From contig CAUVXB020000002.1 of the NCBI GenBank assembly GCA_963555825.3, forward strand, positions 1,120,001 to 1,184,000: a DNA stretch of 64,000 bases, given 5' to 3'. Shown here in pieces: positions 12,340 to 21,913 of this stretch. Under the pieces are notes generated by a model that did not search any database, was not told the DNA's origin, and saw nothing but the letters and a program-made list of their open reading frames with translations. The DNA comes from Alphaproteobacteria bacterium (GTDB lineage Bacteria > Pseudomonadota > Alphaproteobacteria > JAAXGF01). Both the position numbers and the translations under genes were made by a program. Numbering within the stretch: the stretch's first letter is position 1; each line of letters opens with the position of its first letter.

Positions 12340-12931
12340 CCGCGCGGCGCTTGGCGGCGGGCACCGCCTCGCCCCAGCGCCGGACGACGCCGGCGTCGAT
12401 GTCGAACAGGTCGAGCGCGCGGCCCACCGTGTGGTCGACGATGTCGTCGACCGAGCGCGGCATCGAATAGAACGCCGGCACTGGCGGCGCGATGATCGCG
12501 CCGAGCTCGGCGAGCGCCGCCATGTTGCGCAAATGCCCCGCGTGCAGCGGGCTCTCGCGCACCATCAGCACCAGGCGGCGGCGTTCTTTCAGCATGACGT
12601 CGGCGGCGCGTGTCAACAGGCTGGTGGTCACGCCGGTGGCGATCTCCGACATCGAGCGGATCGAACACGGCGCGACGATCATGCCGAGCGTGGTGAACGA
12701 GCCACTCGCCGGCGCCGCGCCCAGATCGCCCGGCGCGTAAGCCGCGTCGGCCAGCGCGCGCACGGCGGCCGGTTTGTAGTCGGTCTCGTAGGCGAGCGTC
12801 AACTCGGCGGTCTTGCTCATCACCAGATGCGCCTCGATATCGAGCGGACGCAACAGCTCGAGCAAGCGCACGCCGTGGATCACGCCCGAGGCGCCGCTGA
12901 TGCCGATTATCAGTCGACTTGGTGTGGCCAT
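12323..12931 (-). CDS. ubiX: Flavin prenyltransferase UbiX
   Basis: GISGASG, ASGS, APCS, RAADVMLKERR, RESP, PPVPAFY. Confidence 0.94.
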   Translation of the reverse strand: MATPSRLIIGISGASGVIHGVRLLELLRPLDIEAHLVMSKTAELTLAYETDYKPAAVRALADAAYAPGDLGAAPASGSFTTLGMIVAPCSIRSMSEIATGVTTSLLTRAADVMLKERRRLVLMVRESPLHAGHLRNMAALAELGAIIAPPVPAFYSMPRSVDDIVDHTVGRALDLFDIDAGVVRRWGEAVPAAKRRAVSRKD

Positions 12932-13084
12932 CGTGTCATCACCGTGTCATACTGCGAATGCGTATCCGGGCACGCGATTTTTGCCGTCGTCGCATCGGAG
13001 AGCGACGCGACTACTCGGTATAGAATTGTTTTGGGAGCCGGTGACAACAGATTTTTCTCTCTCGCGAATGTAAGGAAGGGAAAC

Positions 13085-13252
13085 ATGGAACTCGAAGCTC
13101 GTGTCTCAGCGCTGACCAGCAAGCACACCGAACTTGAGCACGCCATCGAAGAAGAAACACAACATCCCCTGCCGGACAGCCTGCGAATCTCCGAGTGGAA
13201 ACGCGAAAAACTCCGAATAAAAGACGAAATATACCGACTTCAACACGCCTGA
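13085..13252 (+). CDS. DUF465 family small protein
   Basis: MELEARVSALTSKHTELE..HPLPD..KREKLRIKDEI; RBS GGAAGGG. Confidence 0.85.
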   Translation: MELEARVSALTSKHTELEHAIEEETQHPLPDSLRISEWKREKLRIKDEIYRLQHA

Positions 13253-13486
13253 CGCCACCGCCGGGCGGCCCGCCGCCCGCGACATTGCCAACGGCCCGAT
13301 CAGGGCGTTCACCCGACATTCGATTTGTCGTAAGGTTCTGGCTATGGCCGCCGCCCGCTGCCATGCCGATAGCGGACCTCGGCTCGCGACGTGGCCGATG
13401 CCCGATTCTAGATCGATATCCGACGGCAAGGACCGGCGCGTAACCCAATCGACTCACATAGTAGACAGGCTGACGAACGGCACTTA

Positions 13487-14665
13487 GTGTCCTGATCGAT
13501 AAATTGATATGATTATGTCTCTATTTGTTTTTAGGAGGCGCGATTGATGGCGAGAGTGGCGGTGACGATCTCTTTGAGCGATGACGAGCGCGCCGAATTG
13601 GAGGCGCTGTCTCGTCGTCGCAAGACGTCGCAGGGGCTTGCGCGGCGGGCTCGGATCGTCTTGGCGGCGGCGGAAGGGTTGGAGAACAAGGAGATCGCCG
13701 TTCGTCTCGAGGCGAGCGCGGACACCGTGGGCAAGTGGCGTCGCCGCTATGCGGCGGAGGGCCTCGACGGTCTGTACGACGAACCCCGCCCCGGCGCGCC
13801 GCGTCAAATCGGCGATGACGCCATCGCGGAAGCGGTCCGGCTGACGCTGGAAGAGACGCCGCCGGACGCGACCCATTGGAGCCTTCGCTCGATGGCGCGG
13901 GCGAGCGGCCACGCGCCCTCGACCATTCATCGCATCTGGCGGGCCTTCGGCTTGCAGCCGCATCGCTCGGAGACCTTCAAGCTGTCGAGCGATCCCTTCT
14001 TCGTGGAGAAGGTCCGCGACATCGTCGGTCTGTATTTGGCGCCGCCGGATCGTGCCCTGGTTCTCTGTGTCGACGAAAAGAGCCAGATCCAGGCCCTGGA
14101 CCGTTCCCAGCCCCTCTTGCCGATGCGCCCCGGGCAGGCGGAGCGGCGCAGCCACGACTACAAGCGCCACGGCACGACCTCTCTCTTCGCGGCCCTCGAC
14201 ATCGCCACGGGAGAGATCATCGGCAAATGTTTCCCGCGCCATCGGGCCCGAGAGTTCCGCAAATTCCTCGACCTCGTCGAGGCGAACGTCCCTGCTGATC
14301 TCGACATCCACATCGTCATGGACAACTACGGGACCCACAAGACCAAGGCGATCCGCGACTGGTTCGCCAAACGGCCGCGCTGGCAGGCCCATTTCACACC
14401 CACCAGCGCCTCCTGGCTGAACCAGGTCGAGCGCTGGTTCGGGCTGCTGACCGACAAGCAGATCAGGCGCGGCGTCCATCGCTCCACCAAGGAGTTGGAG
14501 CGCACCATCCTCGACTACATCGACACGACAAACCAGAACCCCAAACCCTTCAAATGGACCAAATCCGCCGATGACATCCTCGGCGCCATCCAGCGCTTCT
14601 GCCTCCGAACAATCGAAATCGCTGAACAGCAGGCGAAAATCATGCGAACTTCGGAATCGGGACAC
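13487..14665 (+). mobile_element. IS630-family insertion sequence
   Basis: Inverted ends GTGTCCTGAT / ATCGGGACAC with TA on both sides (13485-86 and 14666-67). Confidence 0.92.
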
Positions 14666-14668
14666 TAG
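13547..14668 (+). CDS. IS630 family transposase
   Basis: HTH N-terminus; [28 protein letters not shown] motifs; TAG stop uses the duplicated TA. Confidence 0.95.
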   Translation: MARVAVTISLSDDERAELEALSRRRKTSQGLARRARIVLAAAEGLENKEIAVRLEASADTVGKWRRRYAAEGLDGLYDEPRPGAPRQIGDDAIAEAVRLTLEETPPDATHWSLRSMARASGHAPSTIHRIWRAFGLQPHRSETFKLSSDPFFVEKVRDIVGLYLAPPDRALVLCVDEKSQIQALDRSQPLLPMRPGQAERRSHDYKRHGTTSLFAALDIATGEIIGKCFPRHRAREFRKFLDLVEANVPADLDIHIVMDNYGTHKTKAIRDWFAKRPRWQAHFTPTSASWLNQVERWFGLLTDKQIRRGVHRSTKELERTILDYIDTTNQNPKPFKWTKSADDILGAIQRFCLRTIEIAEQQAKIMRTSESGH

Positions 14669-14701
14669 TGTCGAACAAAGCAGGCAGTGAAGGTAGGTAG
14701 A

Positions 14702-15286
14702 ATGTCGGCGGAGACCGCAACACCAGCCAATACGCGTCGGTTGGGCGTGCGGGGACGCCTGTTCCTGGCGTTCCTTGCGATAACGTCGTTCGTGGTCCTG
14801 GCCGCGGTCGCCGCCGTCATCTCGTTCGTCAAGATTGGCGATTCCCTCGATACGATCACCAAAGAGCGCGTGCCGGTCGCGTTGATCGCGCAGGAACTCT
14901 CCCGCGAGGCCGAGAGGATCCTGGCGGTCGGGCCGTCCATGCTGAGCTCGACGACGCTCGACGAGCAGAACGCGTTGTCCGACGAGATGTACGCGATCAG
15001 CGAGCGTCTCACCAATCTCCTGGGTGACCTGGAAGGCACCGACGTCGACGCCGATACGATCGCCACGATTAAAAATCTGGTCGAGTTGATGAGCTTCAAC
15101 GTCATCACCCTCGATGGCATCTTCTTTAACAATATCGACTATCTCGAGCGCAAGCAGCTGATGTTGCGCAAGCTTTCCGAGACCTATGACGCGACCCAAA
15201 ATTTGCTCGCATCGAAGGCCAATTATGCCAACGCCCAGATTTCAATCCTGCAGGGAAAGCTCAACAATCCCGGCATCTCGGATTGA
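14702..15286 (+). pseudogene. Truncated membrane sensor (TorS-like periplasmic N-terminus of a HAMP kinase or cyclase)
   Basis: GVRGRLFLAF, TM helix, then a helical periplasmic domain; stop is the TGA of the IS end at 15284; the remainder is absent. Confidence 0.7.
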
Positions 15287-15328
15287 GTCGGACCCGATTT
15301 CCTTGGACACAGAATTGGCTTAATCGAA

Positions 15329-15760
15329 GTGTCCAAGGAGGACCGGAACATGACCGACAATTTTGAGAACAAAGTTGCTGTTGATGGGCCTGTGGTAAAC
15401 GAGGGCGAGCTTGGCTCGTCCACGTTTTCCCCGGGCCAGGTTTCGCCGGCAGGCCCGCTGGGACTTGGCCAGCGGTGGACGGTGACGCGCAAGCGTGAGG
15501 TTGCCCTGCGGCTTTTGCGTGGCGAGCCGGTGGAACTTTTGTCGCGGCAGTTGGGCGTGGAGATTTTCCGGCTCGAGCAGTGGCGTGAGAAGGCGATCGC
15601 CGGGATCGATGCCTCGCTCAAGGAACGCAAGGGCGATCCGGTGAAGGCGGAACTGGACATCGCCATGAAGCGGATCGGGGAGTTGATCATGCAGGTGGAA
15701 CTGCTGGAGGCCAAGACGGAGACGTCCGGCCCTTTGGGGCGGCGGAGGTCGCGGCGATGA
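15329..15760 (+). CDS. IS OrfA (HTH plus coiled coil)
   Basis: RKREVALRLLRGE..LSRQLGV..LEQWRE; ATGA overlap with OrfB. Confidence 0.85.
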   Translation: MSKEDRNMTDNFENKVAVDGPVVNEGELGSSTFSPGQVSPAGPLGLGQRWTVTRKREVALRLLRGEPVELLSRQLGVEIFRLEQWREKAIAGIDASLKERKGDPVKAELDIAMKRIGELIMQVELLEAKTETSGPLGRRRSRR

Positions 15761-16668
15761 GTGCCGCCACCTCTCCCGGCACGGGTTTGGCCTACGGCCT
15801 CCAGCGGGTCTGTGCGGCCTGGGGTTTTGCCCGTTCCTCGTTCTACGCCATGAAATCCCGGCAGCAGGCCACCGCTGAGCGCCCACCAGCAAAGCGCCGG
15901 GGACCGAAGCCCTCGATCTCGGACGAGGCTCTGCTGGTGGCCATCGAGGCCGACCTGGAGGCATCCCCCTGGGAGGGCGAGGGACACCGCAAGGTCTGGG
16001 CTCGGCTTCGGGTCTGTCGTGGCATCCGTGTTTCCCGCAAGCGGGGGCTCCGGGTGATGCGCGAGAACAACCTGCTCTCGCCCCATCGCTGCCGCCGCCG
16101 TGGCGGAAATCCCCATGTCGGTGAGATCATCACCCATGCCCCCAACCTCATGTGGGGCACGGACGGCGTTCGGGTGTTCACGGTGGACGACGGCTGGGGC
16201 TGGATATTCACCGCCATCGAGCATTGGAACGCCGAGTGCGTCGGCTGGCATGTGTGCAAGCGAGGCGACCGCTTCGCCGCCCTTCAGCCGATCTCCATGG
16301 GGCTTGCGAGGCTGTATGCCTCGACCTCCGCCGGTGCGGCGCGGGGGCTGGCCTTGCGGATGGATCACGGCTCCCAGTATCTGTCGGACCACTTCACCAA
16401 CCAGATCAAGTTCTGGGGCATCCAGCCGTCCTACGCCTTCGTCGAACAGCCCCAGACCAACGGCGTCGCCGAGAGGTTCAATCGCACGCTCAAGGAACAG
16501 ATCATCCATGGCCGCATCTACCGCAACATCGCGGAGCTGCGGAACGCCGTCCGCGGGTTCGTCGAACAGTACAATGCCCAGTGGATCGTGGAGAAGAACG
16601 GCTACCTGAGCCCCGCTCAAGCTCGTCAGGCGTGGCACACCGCGATGTCACTCAGGCCCGCCGCATGA
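15757..16668 (+). CDS. IS OrfB, rve-type DDE transposase
   Basis: WGTDG, MDHGSQY, NGVAERFNRTLKE. Confidence 0.92.
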   Translation: MSAATSPGTGLAYGLQRVCAAWGFARSSFYAMKSRQQATAERPPAKRRGPKPSISDEALLVAIEADLEASPWEGEGHRKVWARLRVCRGIRVSRKRGLRVMRENNLLSPHRCRRRGGNPHVGEIITHAPNLMWGTDGVRVFTVDDGWGWIFTAIEHWNAECVGWHVCKRGDRFAALQPISMGLARLYASTSAGAARGLALRMDHGSQYLSDHFTNQIKFWGIQPSYAFVEQPQTNGVAERFNRTLKEQIIHGRIYRNIAELRNAVRGFVEQYNAQWIVEKNGYLSPAQARQAWHTAMSLRPAA

Positions 16669-16703
16669 GACAAACTTGTGTCCAAGGAACCGGGTGCGAT
16701 ACA

Positions 16704-16769
16704 CTTCGGCAACGCCAGAAGCTCGTCCTCGACGATTTCGTCTAGTGGCTCGACTGTCCACGAGGTCAT
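16704..16769 (-). pseudogene. 5' remnant of a RelE/HigB (Gp49-like) toxin gene
   Basis: Translates MTSWTVEPLDEIVEDELLALPK, then is cut by the IS end; resembles the W-T-V-E...E-L-x-A-L-P N-terminus of such toxins. Confidence 0.55.
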
Positions 16770-17475
16770 CGGAACTATACGATCTCATTTGGTATCGAAT
16801 GCGTTGATAGAATTCGTACGCCTATTCGATTGGCGGCGCTCAGTGAGCTTCACCAGTTTTCTTCGCAATTCGTCGACGGATCGTGTTTACGGAATCATCA
16901 ATTCCCAACTGTTGTCGAACAATCTCGGCGACAGACATTTTTGACAACTGCGAATTGCGTTCCCAAATTTGATTAGCGACTTGCTGCCAGTTCTCCCAGA
17001 ATTTCGCGCGACAAGATTTTCGCAGTTTGTTGTGGGTTTGCGCAGCTTCGCGTAGACACCGAGCGTTGTTTCTACCGCGAATCACGTCGGGTTCGAGGGA
17101 GTCAATCACCAGTGCTTTGGTGACATGGTCCTGCAAAGAGATTGCGGCATACGCGGCAGCGCTTGCATCGTTCTTTGAGATGTAGTGGCGGACAGAATCA
17201 CACCATTTGAGAATTTGCGCTGCGCGCCATTCCAGTGTTAGCGGTTTGTGGCGCACGAATTGTGTCACCAACGAAATTTGAACTGTTTCTCCCGACGACA
17301 GTTCAGATATGCGATCAAACTTCGCTCGCAATTCATCGGTGAACTCTTGCCAGGTTCCATCTTCATGAACCAAGAAGGGCCCCATATGATCGGGTAAACC
17401 AGCGTCCCTCAATATCTGTGATGCAGCTTCCTCATATCGATGTATCGCACCCGGTTCCTTGGACACAAGTTTGTC

Positions 17476-18387
17476 TCATGCGGCGGGCCTGAGTGACATC
17501 GCGGTGTGCCACGCCTGACGAGCTTGAGCGGGGCTCAGGTAGCCGTTCTTCTCCACGATCCACTGGGCATTGTACTGTTCGACGAACCCGCGGACGGCGT
17601 TCCGCAGCTCCGCGATGTTGCGGTAGATGCGGCCATGGATGATCTGTTCCTTGAGCGTGCGATTGAACCTCTCGGCGACGCCGTTGGTCTGGGGCTGTTC
17701 GACGAAGGCGTAGGACGGCTGGATGCCCCAGAACTTGATCTGGTTGGTGAAGTGGTCCGACAGATACTGGGAGCCGTGATCCATCCGCAAGGCCAGCCCC
17801 CGCGCCGCACCGGCGGAGGTCGAGGCATACAGCCTCGCAAGCCCCATGGAGATCGGCTGAAGGGCGGCGAAGCGGTCGCCTCGCTTGCACACATGCCAGC
17901 CGACGCACTCGGCGTTCCAATGCTCGATGGCGGTGAATATCCAGCCCCAGCCGTCGTCCACCGTGAACACCCGAACGCCGTCCGTGCCCCACATGAGGTT
18001 GGGGGCATGGGTGATGATCTCACCGACATGGGGATTTCCGCCACGGCGGCGGCAGCGATGGGGCGAGAGCAGGTTGTTCTCGCGCATCACCCGGAGCCCC
18101 CGCTTGCGGGAAACACGGATGCCACGACAGACCCGAAGCCGAGCCCAGACCTTGCGGTGTCCCTCGCCCTCCCAGGGGGATGCCTCCAGGTCGGCCTCGA
18201 TGGCCACCAGCAGAGCCTCGTCCGAGATCGAGGGCTTCGGTCCCCGGCGCTTTGCTGGTGGGCGCTCAGCGGTGGCCTGCTGCCGGGATTTCATGGCGTA
18301 GAACGAGGAACGGGCAAAACCCCAGGCCGCACAGACCCGCTGGAGGCCGTAGGCCAAACCCGTGCCGGGAGAGGTGGCGGCACTCAT
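17476..18387 (-). CDS. IS OrfB transposase
   Basis: Identical translation to 15757-16668. Confidence 0.92.
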   Translation of the reverse strand: MSAATSPGTGLAYGLQRVCAAWGFARSSFYAMKSRQQATAERPPAKRRGPKPSISDEALLVAIEADLEASPWEGEGHRKVWARLRVCRGIRVSRKRGLRVMRENNLLSPHRCRRRGGNPHVGEIITHAPNLMWGTDGVRVFTVDDGWGWIFTAIEHWNAECVGWHVCKRGDRFAALQPISMGLARLYASTSAGAARGLALRMDHGSQYLSDHFTNQIKFWGIQPSYAFVEQPQTNGVAERFNRTLKEQIIHGRIYRNIAELRNAVRGFVEQYNAQWIVEKNGYLSPAQARQAWHTAMSLRPAA

Positions 18388-18815
18388 CGCCGCGACCTCC
18401 GCCGCCCCAAAGGGCCGGACGTCTCCGTCTTGGCCTCCAGCAGTTCCACCTGCATGATCAACTCCCCGATCCGCTTCATGGCGATGTCCAGTTCCGCCTT
18501 CACCGGATCGCCCTTGCGTTCCTTGAGCGAGGCATCGATCCCGGCGATCGCCTTCTCACGCCACTGCTCGAGCCGGAAAATCTCCACGCCCAACTGCCGC
18601 GACAAAAGTTCCACCGGCTCGCCACGCAAAAGCCGCAGGGCAACCTCACGCTTGCGCGTCACCGTCCACCGCTGGCCAAGTCCCAGCGGGCCTGCCGGCG
18701 AAACCTGGCCCGGGGAAAACGTGGACGAGCCAAGCTCGCCCTCGTTTACCACAGGCCCATCAACAGCAACTTTGTTCTCAAAATTGTCGGTCATGTTCCG
18801 GTCCTCCTTGGACAC
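18384..18815 (-). CDS. IS OrfA
   Basis: Identical translation to 15329-15760. Confidence 0.85.
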   Translation of the reverse strand: MSKEDRNMTDNFENKVAVDGPVVNEGELGSSTFSPGQVSPAGPLGLGQRWTVTRKREVALRLLRGEPVELLSRQLGVEIFRLEQWREKAIAGIDASLKERKGDPVKAELDIAMKRIGELIMQVELLEAKTETSGPLGRRRSRR

Positions 18816-19049
18816 TTCGATTAAGCCAATTCTGTGTCCAAGGAAATCGGGTCCGACTCACTTCCTCATATCGATTTAGAATTGCGTTCAATGAATTGCT
18901 GTCGGCAATTCGTCCCAGCTCGTCCTTCTCATCTTGAGTTAAGGGAAACTCAAAGCTGGTCGTCTTGTAGAGCTGGATGCCTCGGCGAATCGTGGATGTG
19001 TGAATGGACATTTCAGTATTCCCAATGGAGTTACAATTTCTTGCTGTGA

Positions 19050-19340
19050 TTACCCAGTGGGCGCCTCGACCAGCTTGACAAGCGGGCGCGTGCCCGTCGC
19101 AGCGGCATAGCGGTGCAGCGTCTTCAGGCTGGGCAGTTGCCGGCCGCTTTCCATGCGTGCCACGGCCGACTGCGTCGTCCCCATGCGCTTCGCCAGTTCG
19201 GCTTGCGTCAACCCAGCCCGCGTGCGCGCCGCAATGAGTTCACGCGCCAACTCAAACTCCCCGGACATCGCGTCATAGGCTTCGCGCACTTCGCGGTCTG
19301 AAAGCATCCGCTTCTTCAGCGTGCTCATGCGTGCGCTCAT
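19050..19340 (-). CDS. XRE-family HTH protein, HigA-like antitoxin
   Basis: EVREAYDAM..EFELARELIAARTRAGLTQAELAKRMGTTQSAVARMESG..PSLKTL.RYAAATG. Confidence 0.85.
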   Translation of the reverse strand: MSARMSTLKKRMLSDREVREAYDAMSGEFELARELIAARTRAGLTQAELAKRMGTTQSAVARMESGRQLPSLKTLHRYAAATGTRPLVKLVEAPTG

Positions 19341-19373
19341 GGGTTCAACTCCAAAAATTGCCGCGTAACCTGG

Positions 19374-19395
19374 AATATAGCATTTTTGCTATATT
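19374..19395. promoter_or_regulatory. Palindromic operator upstream of the HigA-like gene
   Basis: AATATAGCA-TTTT-TGCTATATT perfect 9-bp inverted repeat. Confidence 0.65.
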
Positions 19396-19433
19396 TTTGA
19401 AGACAAATATTCGGCGGCTCTACAAATGTCGCG

Positions 19434-20531
19434 CTAGACGTTGAAGCGGAAGTGGATGACGTCGCCGTCCCTGACCCGGTAGCCACGGCCCTCGAGGCGC
19501 ATCCTACCGGCGTCCTTGGCGCCCTGCTCGCCGCCCAACCCGACATAATCGGCGTGGTCGATGATCTCGGCGCGGATGAAGCCGCGCGCGAAATCGGTGT
19601 GGATGACGCCCGCCGCCTCGGGCGCCGGCGCGCCCTTGCGCACGGTCCAGGCGCGGGCCTGCTTCGGCCCATTGGTGAAGAAGGTGATCAGGTCCAGGAG
19701 TTGGTAGCCGGCGTGGATGACCCGGTCAAGCCCGCGCTCTTCGAGGCCGAGCATGGCGAGGTAGGCGTCGCGCGCCTCGGCGTCGTCCATGTGCGAGAGC
19801 TGCGCCTCGATCTCGGCGGCGACGACCACCGCGACGGCGCCTTGCGTCCCGGCGCGTTCGGCGACCGCCGCCGAGTGAGCGTTGCCGGCGGCGGCCGCGT
19901 CCTCGTCGACGTTGCAGACGTACATGACCGGCTTGGCGGTCAGCAGATGGAGCCGCTTGAACGCCTTCGCCTCGCCCTGCGGGATCGCGGCGCGCGCCGG
20001 CCGGCCGTCGTTGAGCGCGGCCAGCGCGGGCTCGACCAGCGCGAGCTTTGCCTTAGCCTCCTTGTCGCCGCCGCGCGCCTGCTTGGTCAGCGGCTCGACG
20101 CGGCGCTCGAGGCTCTCCAGGTCGGCGAGCATCAGCTCGGTCTCGACGATCTCGATGTCGCGCAGCGGGTCGACGCCGCCCTCGACATGGGCGACGCCGC
20201 CGGCCTCGAAGCAGCGCACGACATGGACGATCGCGTCGACCTCGCGGATATGCTGCAGGAACTTGTTGCCCAGCCCCTCGCCGGCGCTCGCGCCGCGCAC
20301 CAGCCCGGCGATGTCGGCGAACTCGATCTGGGTCGGGATGACGCGCGCCGGCCTGGTGACCGCGGCGAGCGTGGTGAGCCGCGCATCGGGCACCGGGACG
20401 CGCGCGACGTTGGGCTCGATGGTGCAGAACGGATAATTCTCGGCCGCCGCCCGAGCGGTCGAGCAGAGTGCGTTGAAAAGCGTCGACTTGCCGACATTGG
20501 GCAGGCCGACGATGCCGCAGCTAAACCCCAT
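19434..20531 (-). CDS. ychF: Redox-regulated ATPase YchF
   Basis: [39 protein letters not shown]-terminal FRFNV. Confidence 0.97.
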   Translation of the reverse strand: MGFSCGIVGLPNVGKSTLFNALCSTARAAAENYPFCTIEPNVARVPVPDARLTTLAAVTRPARVIPTQIEFADIAGLVRGASAGEGLGNKFLQHIREVDAIVHVVRCFEAGGVAHVEGGVDPLRDIEIVETELMLADLESLERRVEPLTKQARGGDKEAKAKLALVEPALAALNDGRPARAAIPQGEAKAFKRLHLLTAKPVMYVCNVDEDAAAAGNAHSAAVAERAGTQGAVAVVVAAEIEAQLSHMDDAEARDAYLAMLGLEERGLDRVIHAGYQLLDLITFFTNGPKQARAWTVRKGAPAPEAAGVIHTDFARGFIRAEIIDHADYVGLGGEQGAKDAGRMRLEGRGYRVRDGDVIHFRFNV

Positions 20532-21165
20532 CGCCGTCACCCGCGGGCGGTTTCGGCGCGCCGTCTTGGGCCGCCGCCGCGGTCTTCTTCTTTTCGGGCG
20601 GACGGGTCAGCAGCGCGACGCGCGTCATGAAGCCGCCCTCGTCGCCGCCGACGAGCAGCGGCAAGGCCTCGGCGATGGCGTCGATCAGCGGCTCGCGCCA
20701 GGCCTTGTCGGCCTTGGCGAAACCGTGCAGCACGTAGGACGTGACCCGGTCCTTGTCGCCGGGGTGGCCGATACCGATGCGCACGCGGCGGAAGTCGCGG
20801 CCGATGTGCTGGGCGATGCTGGCCAGCCCGTTGTGGCCGGCGATTCCGCCGCCGGTCTTGGCGCGCAGCTTGCCGGGCGCGAGATCGAGCTCGTCGTGGA
20901 TGACGATGACTTGCGCCGGGTCGAGTTTGTAGAAGCGGACGGCCTGGCCGACCGCGTCGCCCGAGCGGTTCATGAAGGTGATCGGCTTCAGCGCGAGCAG
21001 CTTTTCGCCACCGACGCTGCCTTCGAAGACGTCGCTCTGAAACCGCCGCCGGGCCGGGCCGAACGAATGGCGGCGGACGATTTCGTCGAGCGCCATGAAG
21101 CCGACATTGTGCCGGTCGTTCGCATGTTCCGGCCCCGGGTTGCCAAGGCCGATGACGAGAAACAT
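20521..21165 (-). CDS. pth: Peptidyl-tRNA hydrolase
   Basis: GLGNPG, RHNVGF, HDELD, GHNGL. Confidence 0.96.
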   Translation of the reverse strand: MFLVIGLGNPGPEHANDRHNVGFMALDEIVRRHSFGPARRRFQSDVFEGSVGGEKLLALKPITFMNRSGDAVGQAVRFYKLDPAQVIVIHDELDLAPGKLRAKTGGGIAGHNGLASIAQHIGRDFRRVRIGIGHPGDKDRVTSYVLHGFAKADKAWREPLIDAIAEALPLLVGGDEGGFMTRVALLTRPPEKKKTAAAAQDGAPKPPAGDGDGV

Positions 21166-21177
21166 CGAGTGCCGGGC

Positions 21178-21858
21178 TTAGCCCCCGTCCTCGTCGGGCT
21201 TGGCTTTGGCCTCGCCCTCTTCGCCTTCCTCGCCCTCTTCGCCTTCCTCGCCCTCGAGCTCCTCGTCCTCTTCCTCGACCTCCTCGACCACCACGGTTGG
21301 CGCGGCGATCGTGCAGATCGTGAAGTCACGGTCGGTGATCGTCGGCGTCACGTCGGCGGGCAGATCGATGCCGCTGATATGCACGCTGTCGCCGATGTCG
21401 AGGCCGGTGAGGTCGATGCGGATGGCGTCGGGGATCGCGGTCGCCGGGCACAACAGCTCGATCTCGTGGCGCACGATGTTGATCACGCCGCCGCGCGCGA
21501 GACCGGGCGATTCCTCTTCGTTCTCGAAGACCACCGCGACGTTGACCGCGATGCTGTCGCCCGCGCCGATGCGCAGGAAGTCGACGTGCAGCGGCGCGTC
21601 GGTCACCGGGTGGCGCTGGACGTCGCGCGGCAGCACCTGCTGCTTGCCGCCGTCGACCTCGATGCTGTAGAGCCGGCGGAAGAAGCCCGGCCGTTTCAAC
21701 TCGTTGCCGAGGTCGTGAGCCCTGACCGAGATCGACGTCGGGTCCCGCTTGTCGCCATAGATGATTGCCGGGACGCGGTCGGCGCGCCTGAGCGCGCGCG
21801 CCGGGCCCTTGCCCGCTTCGGCGCGCACCTCGGCGGCGAGTGTCGTAACGTCGCTCAT
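21178..21858 (-). CDS. rplY: 50S ribosomal protein L25/Ctc
   Basis: GKGPARALRR, PAIIYG, HVDF; acidic tail. Confidence 0.96.
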   Translation of the reverse strand: MSDVTTLAAEVRAEAGKGPARALRRADRVPAIIYGDKRDPTSISVRAHDLGNELKRPGFFRRLYSIEVDGGKQQVLPRDVQRHPVTDAPLHVDFLRIGAGDSIAVNVAVVFENEEESPGLARGGVINIVRHEIELLCPATAIPDAIRIDLTGLDIGDSVHISGIDLPADVTPTITDRDFTICTIAAPTVVVEEVEEEDEELEGEEGEEGEEGEEGEAKAKPDEDGG

Positions 21859-21913
21859 CTTTCCTCTCCTTCAACCCTGCCAAGCGCCCAAGGCGGCCCC
21901 GCCGCCGGGCGGC

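Larger units (their letters stand above)
15284..16703 (+). mobile_element. IS3-like two-ORF insertion sequence, copy 1 (1420 bp)
   Basis: IRs TGAGTCGGACCCGATTTCCTTGGACAC / GTGTCCAAGGAACCGGGTGCGATACA; no flanking duplication. Confidence 0.9.
17441..18860 (-). mobile_element. IS3-like insertion sequence, copy 2 (inverted)
   Basis: Same IRs and ORFs as copy 1; flanked by CTTCCTCATATCGA at 17427-17440 and 18861-18874. Confidence 0.92.
16840..19011 (-). pseudogene. About 245-aa low-GC hypothetical gene split by IS copy 2
   Basis: N-part ...NAILNRYEE and C-part RYEEAASQIL... join in frame across the 14-bp duplication; C-terminus looks HTH-like. Confidence 0.8.

Noticed and set aside
13106-13429. 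107-aa minus-strand ORF
   Set aside because: Overlaps the DUF465 gene in antisense, with no recognisable motif or clear RBS.
13253-19460. att duplication of the ychF 3' end delimiting this accessory region
   Set aside because: I found no second copy of the ychF terminus and no integrase in the window.
21200-21290. Repetitive CCTCG/CCTTC tract
   Set aside because: Encodes the ordinary acidic EEGE tail of L25.
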